From Chloroflexota bacterium (lineage in GTDB: Bacteria > Chloroflexota > UBA11872 > VXOZ01): a DNA stretch of 64,000 nt. Of the stretch, positions 58,102 through 64,000 are shown piece by piece; position 1 is the first letter of the stretch; the number at the start of each line of letters is the position of its first letter. The stretch spans positions 766,012 to 830,011 of the forward strand of contig OZ219801.1 of assembly GCA_964291655.2 (NCBI GenBank), given 5' to 3'. The notes under the pieces were generated by a model. That model searched no databases and was not told where the DNA came from. It was given only the letters and a program-made list of their open reading frames with translations. A program made the position numbers and the translations under genes.

Positions 58102-59460
58102 ATGGACTACGTACCACACAGTAACGAAGACCGGGAGGCTATGCTGCGGGCCATTGGTGTAGCCGGCAGTGAAGACCTCTTTCACGACATTCCCGCGGAC
58201 GTGCGCCATCCGCACCTTGACTTGCCGCCGGGGATGTCCGAACCGGAGGTCATCCGCTACCTGAACGCGCTGGGGCAGCAGAACAGCAACGTGCTTGAAA
58301 CGCCGAGCTTTCTTGGCGCGGGCTGCTACAACCACTTCATCCCCAGCATTGTGAATGCCCTCATCCTGCGGGGGGAATTCCTCACAAGCTACACTCCCTA
58401 CCAGCCCGAGCTGTCCCAGGGCACCTTGCAGGTCATGTACGAGTTTCAAAGCATGGTCTGCCTGCTCACGGGCATGGACGTGGCCAACGCGAGCATGTAC
58501 GACGAAGCCACCGCCACGGCTGAAGCGGTGCTCACGGCTTGCAGCATTACCAAACGTTCCAAGGTCGTTGTGCCGGACACGTTTCATCCAACCACGTTGG
58601 AGGTGCTGGAAACGTACGCCGAGGGCCGCGAACTGTCCCTGGTACGGGTGCCGGCGTTCACCATCGACGATGACGGCAGCTTCCGTGATAATTGGGAAGC
58701 CGTGAGCGCCGCCATCGACGACGATACCGCCTGCGTCGCAGTGCAGGTGCCGAATTTCTTCGGCTGGGTGCACGAGTGCCAGGACATCGCGGAAACCGTG
58801 CACGCTCACGGCGCTATATTCGTCGTGAGCGCCGATCCCGTAGCCCTGGGCATCCTGACGCCGCCGGGAGAATACGGCGCCGACATCGTCACCGGTGAGG
58901 GACACAGCTTGGCGCTGCCACCCGGTTTCGGCGGTCCGCGCCTCGGTCTCTACGCGACACGCAAGAAATACCTGCGCCAGATGCCGGGCAGGGTCTCGGG
59001 CATGACGAAAGATATCGACGGCAAGCGCGGTTTCGTAATGACGCTTCAGGCCCGCGAGCAGCACATCCGACGCGAGAAAGCAACGTCGAACATTTGCACC
59101 AACGAAGCGCTCGCGGCGCTGGCATTCACGATCAACGTGAGCTGGCTTGGTCCCGCCGGCATGCGCAAGAAGGCGGAGCTCTGTCTGGCGAAGTCCCATT
59201 ACGCCGCAGCGCAGATTGACGCGCTGCCCGGCTTCTCCGTTACTACCCCCGGCCCCTACATCAAGGAATTCGTGGTGCACTGCCCCGCCACGGTAAGCGA
59301 CGTGAATGAGCACCTCCTTGCGCACGGCGTGCTTGGCGGCTACGACCTTGGCAATCTACGCGCTGAGCTTGAACGTCACATGCTCGTCTGCGTCACGGAG
59401 CTCAACTCGCGACAGGATATAGACCTCCTCGTTGCGGCCTTGGAAGAGTTCGAAGCATAG
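58102..59460 (+). CDS. gcvPA: Glycine dehydrogenase subunit 1
   Basis: FLGAGCYNH, TSYTPYQPELSQG, NASMYD, REQHIRREKATSNICTN. Confidence 0.96.
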   Translation: MDYVPHSNEDREAMLRAIGVAGSEDLFHDIPADVRHPHLDLPPGMSEPEVIRYLNALGQQNSNVLETPSFLGAGCYNHFIPSIVNALILRGEFLTSYTPYQPELSQGTLQVMYEFQSMVCLLTGMDVANASMYDEATATAEAVLTACSITKRSKVVVPDTFHPTTLEVLETYAEGRELSLVRVPAFTIDDDGSFRDNWEAVSAAIDDDTACVAVQVPNFFGWVHECQDIAETVHAHGAIFVVSADPVALGILTPPGEYGADIVTGEGHSLALPPGFGGPRLGLYATRKKYLRQMPGRVSGMTKDIDGKRGFVMTLQAREQHIRREKATSNICTNEALAALAFTINVSWLGPAGMRKKAELCLAKSHYAAAQIDALPGFSVTTPGPYIKEFVVHCPATVSDVNEHLLAHGVLGGYDLGNLRAELERHMLVCVTELNSRQDIDLLVAALEEFEA

Positions 59461-59514
59461 CCGTTAAAAGATCCACCTCCAACTTGAAACGACAACGCGA
59501 CAACTGCTAACTGA

Positions 59515-60999
59515 ATGACCTCTATACAACCAGGAAATGCAAAGATGCAGAATGCAGAGCCTCTAATCTTCGAGCGCAGCTCACCCGGACGCCATGGTTA
59601 CTCTTTGCCGGACAGCGACGTACCGGCCCTGGATATTGAAGAGGCCGTGCCCGAGCACTGGCAGCGAGAGTCGCTGGCGCTGCCGGAAGCGTCGGAACTC
59701 GACGTCGTGCGGCACTTCACGCGCCTTTCGCAGCAAAACTACAGTATTGAGCACGATTTCTACCCACTTGGCTCCTGCACGATGAAGTACAACCCCAAGG
59801 TGAACGACGCCACCGCCGGTCTGCCCGGCTTTTCATTCGTGCATCCACACCAGCCGGAGAGCACGATTCAGGGCGCGCTGGCCCTCATTCACCGTCTTTC
59901 CCAAGCGCTAATGAAGATAACCGGCTACGCCAATTGCTCGCTGCAACCGGCGGCGGGCGCGCACGGCGAACTATGCGGCGTGCTGATGATGCGTGCGCAT
60001 CACGTGAAGCAAGGCAATCCGCGCCGCAAGATGATCATTCCGGACTCCGCCCACGGCACGAATCCGGCCACCGCCGCCATGTGCGGCTACACCGCCATCG
60101 AAGTGCCTTCCAACGACCGCGGCACTGTGGATATGGACGCACTGGCCGCCCTGCTCGATGAAGACGTTGCCGGCCTGATGCTCACCGTGCCGAATACGCT
60201 CGGCCTCTTTGAGCAAGACATCGTGGAAATCTGCCGCATGGCCCACGAGGTCGGCGCGCTCGTCTACTGCGACGGCGCGAATATGAACGCTCTCCTGGGC
60301 ACGGTGCAGCCCGCCGCACTGGGGCTGGACGTGCTGCATCTTAACTTACACAAGACCTTCACCACGCCCCACGGCGGCGGCGGACCCGGCGCGGGCGCGA
60401 TCTGCGTCAACGAAACGTTGGAACCATACCTGCCGGTGCCTTTGGTAAGGGAGGAGGACGGCGTGTACGCGTGGGACTACGACCGCCCCGAATCTATCGG
60501 CCGCATCCACTCGTTCTACGGCAACTTTCTCAACCAGGTACGCGCGTATACCTACATCTGCACGCTTGGCGACGAGGGCGTCAAGCGCGCCGGCGAGTAC
60601 GCCGTTCTGAACGCGAATTACCTCAAAGAACGCCTTCGCGGCGCCTACGCCCTCCGTTACGACCGCACCTGCATGCACGAGGTCGTCTTTGCGGGCTTGA
60701 AGGAAAAGGCCGAGGGCGTGCGTACGCTGGACGTCGCCAAGCGCATGATCGACTACGGCTTCCATCCGTCTACCGTCTACTTCCCGCTCATCGTGCCGGA
60801 AGCCCTCATGATCGAGCCGACGGAGACCGAGAACAAAGACACCCTCGACGCCTTCATAGATGCCCTGCTTGCCATTGCCGAGGAAGCGCGGACGGCTCCC
60901 GAGTTACTCAAAGAAGCCCCGGTTTCCGCGCCGGTACGTCGCCTTGACGAGACGACTGCCGCCCGCCGTCCCAACCTGCGCTGGGAACCGCCGGAATAG
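59515..60999 (+). CDS. gcvPB: Glycine dehydrogenase subunit 2
   Basis: YPLGSCTMKYNP, QPAAGAHGE, PDSAHGTNPA, HLNLHKTFTTPHGGGGPG, EPTETE. Confidence 0.96.
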   Translation: MTSIQPGNAKMQNAEPLIFERSSPGRHGYSLPDSDVPALDIEEAVPEHWQRESLALPEASELDVVRHFTRLSQQNYSIEHDFYPLGSCTMKYNPKVNDATAGLPGFSFVHPHQPESTIQGALALIHRLSQALMKITGYANCSLQPAAGAHGELCGVLMMRAHHVKQGNPRRKMIIPDSAHGTNPATAAMCGYTAIEVPSNDRGTVDMDALAALLDEDVAGLMLTVPNTLGLFEQDIVEICRMAHEVGALVYCDGANMNALLGTVQPAALGLDVLHLNLHKTFTTPHGGGGPGAGAICVNETLEPYLPVPLVREEDGVYAWDYDRPESIGRIHSFYGNFLNQVRAYTYICTLGDEGVKRAGEYAVLNANYLKERLRGAYALRYDRTCMHEVVFAGLKEKAEGVRTLDVAKRMIDYGFHPSTVYFPLIVPEALMIEPTETENKDTLDAFIDALLAIAEEARTAPELLKEAPVSAPVRRLDETTAARRPNLRWEPPE

Positions 61000-61059
61000 G
61001 CTTGATTGACGGCATTGGCCGGTCTGAAGTCCTCGCACGGCGACGACGCCGAAGGTGGT

Positions 61060-62235
61060 CTAGTCCTTCTTGCCGTCCTGCCGTGCCTGCCACTTGCGCC
61101 GCTGTTCCACGCGCACTTTCTCGGAAGCGGGCGTGTATTGGGCAAGAAACTCTTCCTTGAAGGTCGCGAAACGCTGCTCCCTAATGGCCGTGCGCGCATC
61201 TTCCAAGAGGCGAAAGACAAAGCGTAGATTATGCAGCGTGGCGAGGCGGAAGTAGAGCAACTCGCCGCTGCGGCAGAGGTGATGGAGGTAAGCCGCGCTG
61301 TAGCTTAGGCATGTGGGGCAGTCGCACGTTGAGTCTACGGGCGCTTCCTGCGTGCGGTACACGGCTTTGCGAATGTTGGCGCGTCCCGTCGGCACGAAGA
61401 GCGCGCCGTGCCGCGCCAGACGCGTGGGCAGCACGCAGTCAAAGAGGTCTACCCCGTTCCCAATGGCTTCAAGCAGGTCTTCCGGCGCACCGACTCCCAT
61501 CAGGTAGCGGGGCTTACTTTCCGGTAGGATCATGTGCAGACTTGTGAGCATGCCGTACATGTCCGCTTTCGACTCGCCGACGCTCAGCCCGCCGATTCCA
61601 TAGCCGGGAAAGTCGATCTCCTCCAACGCCCGTACAGAACGCTCCCGCAAATCCAGGTGCAAGCCCCCTTGCACGATGCCAAATAGCGCCTGGTCGTCCC
61701 GTCGCTTGGCATCCCGGCAACGGGCGGCCCACTGCAACGTGCGGTTCAGCGCCGCCGTGTCCGCCGCGTGATCGGAAGGCTGGGGCGTCAGATGATCAAG
61801 CGCCATGATGATGTCCGCTCCAAGCGCCTCTTGCACGGCGACCGCCCGCTCCGGACTGAGTACGTGCAGACTGCCGTCGAGATGCGAGCGGAAGGCAACG
61901 GCCTCATCGGTTACGTCCACGCGGTGTCCCAGGCTGTAGATCTGGTACCCACCGCTGTCGGTGAGGATGGGTCCCGGCCAACGCATAAAGTCGTGTAAAC
62001 CGCCGAGTTGTTGCATGACGTCCGCGCCCGGCCGCAGCATCAGGTGGTACGTATTCGCCAGCACCATCTCCGCGCCAAGGGCTTTTACCTCATCTCCGGT
62101 GAGCGCCTTGACGCTCGCCTGCGTCGCCACGGGCATAAATGCGGGCGTGGCGACAGACCCGTGCGGCGTGGTCAACGTGCCCACACGGGCGACGCCGTCT
62201 GTGGCCTCGATGTGCAGTGTGACAGGTTCTGACAT
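61060..62235 (-). CDS. tgt: tRNA-guanine transglycosylase
   Basis: TPAFMPVAT, LANTYHL, TDSGGYQ, FGIVQGG, GGLSVGE, PRYLMGVG, DLFDCV, CDCPTC, HN. Confidence 0.97.
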   Translation of the reverse strand: MSEPVTLHIEATDGVARVGTLTTPHGSVATPAFMPVATQASVKALTGDEVKALGAEMVLANTYHLMLRPGADVMQQLGGLHDFMRWPGPILTDSGGYQIYSLGHRVDVTDEAVAFRSHLDGSLHVLSPERAVAVQEALGADIIMALDHLTPQPSDHAADTAALNRTLQWAARCRDAKRRDDQALFGIVQGGLHLDLRERSVRALEEIDFPGYGIGGLSVGESKADMYGMLTSLHMILPESKPRYLMGVGAPEDLLEAIGNGVDLFDCVLPTRLARHGALFVPTGRANIRKAVYRTQEAPVDSTCDCPTCLSYSAAYLHHLCRSGELLYFRLATLHNLRFVFRLLEDARTAIREQRFATFKEEFLAQYTPASEKVRVEQRRKWQARQDGKKD

Positions 62236-62333
62236 TGCTAGTCCCGGCGAACTACCGGCATTATTGGTCTGACATCATCTCTGTTGATCTGACACATGAA
62301 GATTCTGCTGGAATTCTGTCCTGCCTGTGCACC

Positions 62334-62380
62334 ACTCACTCCGTTCGTGCTGAGCTTGTCGAAGTATGCATGGAGTGAGT
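62334..62380 (+). repeat. Family-B palindrome with locus-specific stem extension
   Basis: actcactccgttcgtgctgagcttgtcgaagtatgcatggagtgagt. Confidence 0.85.
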
Positions 62381-62394
62381 AGTGAAGTTGATAC

Positions 62395-63987
62395 TCACCC
62401 TCTTCTCAAGAGATCTACCCAAGACGTAGGAGGCTGTCTCAATATTTTGGTGCGGGGCACGGTGAATGGGGTGAGAAGGACAGACAGATGGCGGGTGGTA
62501 TGAACAAGACGGTGCCAGTGAGAGACTCGTCCCCGGGGCGACGCTGGACTACACCCAGACCGCCACAGGGCGTGGAGGCTCTTGAGATTGAACGCGGTGG
62601 CCAGCAGGTGCCATTCGGACGTCACGTGGCTGCGGCCTCTGAGCAGGAAGCGCCTGGCACTGTGCCACTCCTTGAGCAGGCCAAAGACCGGCTCGACGAT
62701 GGTACTCCGGCGGCGGTACACCTGCTTGGCAGGCGCGGTGGCCATCAACTGCCTGTGCCGTTGCAGTATTGGCTCGTAGGCGCTGATCTTTATGGAGCGG
62801 CCCCTCTGGGAGGAGGTGCAGACGCCGAAGGCCGGACAGGTTCTGCAGTCCCGGCCGTTGGCTTGGTACCGCTTGACCCGGTAGCCGTTGCTGTGGGTCA
62901 AGCGGTGCGTGTAGGTGAGCACCTTTTGCTGGGGACACAGGTAGGTGTCGGTCTCTGGACGGTAGGTGAAGTGGTCTTTATGGTAGGGGTTGCGGCGTCT
63001 GCGCTCGTGGGTCGTGGGCATCAATACCGTGTGGCCGCCGGCGTGGCACGTGGCGAGGTTGGCCCCCGAATGGTAGCCGGCGTCCGCAACGGTCACCACG
63101 TCCCGCGCGGCGTCGATGTTCTCCTGCGCCGCCTCGATCAGCGGCGCCAGGTGGGGATGGTCGTCGGCACTGGCGCTCACGTCCACGGCTGTGATCAACC
63201 TCCCCCCTGCGCCCTCGTCCGGGGACGCAAGAGGGGAGACCAGCGCCTGGGCGTTGTAGCCGGTGATGAAGCCACCCATGCCAGTCTTGAGCAGGGCCGC
63301 GTCCGCATCAGTCAGGTTCGTGTAGCGCGGCCCGTCCTCAGCCGCGACGCGGGCGAGCGCGTCGTCCACCCGCCGCCGCAGGGCCTGGGCATCGGCAAGT
63401 TCCTGCGGCAAAGTCGCTGGCGGCGCGTCGCCCCCCGTGGCGTTCTGCGCCTCCAGGTCCGCGATCGCTTGCTCGGTGCGGGACAACAGCCGCTGCAGCC
63501 CCTGCGCGTCGTGGGTATGCCGCGTCCCGGCGTTGGCCGCGATCCTGGTGCCGTCCACCGCCTGGATTGCCAACTCCACCAGGCCGGCTCGCACCGCCGT
63601 GCGCACCGTGCGCTTGAGCAGCGTCCGCATCCGGTCGCGGTGCGCCTTGTAGAAGCGCCACAGCGTGTTGTGGTCCGGCTGCTGCATCCCCACCAGCCAC
63701 AGGTACGGTACCTGATCCCGGCAGGCTGCCTCCAGCTTGCGGCTCGAGCGCACGCCGGTCATGAAGCCGTAGACCCATACGCCCAGCAGCGCGCGCGGAT
63801 GGTAGGCCCCGGCGCCACGCGGATCGCCTTGCAGGTCAATCTCCATCGCCTCCCAGGCCGCAGCATCGAGGCTGTCCACGAACGCTGCCGCAAACCTGAC
63901 AGGATGGTCGTCCGGGATCAGTTCGTCCAGCGTCGGCGGCAACAGCCAGGCCTGTTCACGACTAAACGGTCTCAACGGCATCGTCAC
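62395..63987 (-). CDS. IS1182-family transposase
   Basis: GAYHPRALL, SSRKLE..C, PDHNTL, AVDGTRI.ANA, TDADA, GYNAQ, VADAGY, CP..., YRRR..IVEPVFG, AFNLK. Confidence 0.92.
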   Translation of the reverse strand: MTMPLRPFSREQAWLLPPTLDELIPDDHPVRFAAAFVDSLDAAAWEAMEIDLQGDPRGAGAYHPRALLGVWVYGFMTGVRSSRKLEAACRDQVPYLWLVGMQQPDHNTLWRFYKAHRDRMRTLLKRTVRTAVRAGLVELAIQAVDGTRIAANAGTRHTHDAQGLQRLLSRTEQAIADLEAQNATGGDAPPATLPQELADAQALRRRVDDALARVAAEDGPRYTNLTDADAALLKTGMGGFITGYNAQALVSPLASPDEGAGGRLITAVDVSASADDHPHLAPLIEAAQENIDAARDVVTVADAGYHSGANLATCHAGGHTVLMPTTHERRRRNPYHKDHFTYRPETDTYLCPQQKVLTYTHRLTHSNGYRVKRYQANGRDCRTCPAFGVCTSSQRGRSIKISAYEPILQRHRQLMATAPAKQVYRRRSTIVEPVFGLLKEWHSARRFLLRGRSHVTSEWHLLATAFNLKSLHALWRSGCSPASPRGRVSHWHRLVHTTRHLSVLLTPFTVPRTKILRQPPTSWVDLLRRG

Positions 63988-64000
63988 TACCTCTCTACAA
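62430..64000 (-). mobile_element. IS1182-family insertion sequence (left end outside window)
   Basis: Transposase plus candidate terminal repeat gaggctgtctcaa at 62430-62442. Confidence 0.75.

Noticed and set aside
39282-59325. Long antisense ORFs (e.g. 39282-40505, 51427-52224, 58030-59325)
   Set aside because: Shadow frames opposite well-supported genes, as expected in GC-rich DNA

Overview
A GC-rich bacterial chromosome segment. Split gcvPA/gcvPB, ComEC, a YabN-type MazG, mtaB-hit and many enolase-superfamily, Gfo, AKR and SDR paralogues suggest a Terrabacteria organism, plausibly Chloroflexota (inference only). The backbone is housekeeping: aroE-aroC-aroK-aroB, comEC-proC, grpE-dnaJ-prmA, mtaB-hit, galE, mazG, gcvT-H-PA-PB, tgt and tRNA-Pro(GGG). 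There is also a sulfur-relay cluster (Rrf2, MoeB-like E1, JAB peptidase, LarE, YeeE, TusA). Accessory material includes a large secreted repeat protein with a (Pro-Thr)54 tail, two AT-richer inserts around aroE (an orphan SAM-methyltransferase-like gene, and an MT-A70 methyltransferase paired with a PD-(D/E)xK-DGQHR-HEPN protein, a candidate defence cassette), an orphan DNA methyltransferase coupled into dnaJ-prmA, and an IS1182 element. The most striking unexplained structure is a set of at least five short palindromic repeat families. One family brackets a small GIY-YIG nuclease inside the gcv operon and also occurs as an empty 108-bp copy. Others grow polarised tandem arrays, carry nested hairpins, extend their stems with locus-specific sequence, and one sits in-frame inside galE. 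Two translation oddities are visible: aroK appears to start at ATA, and mtaB is preceded by a relay of two coupled mini-ORFs. All calls come from reading motifs by eye; no database searches were run.
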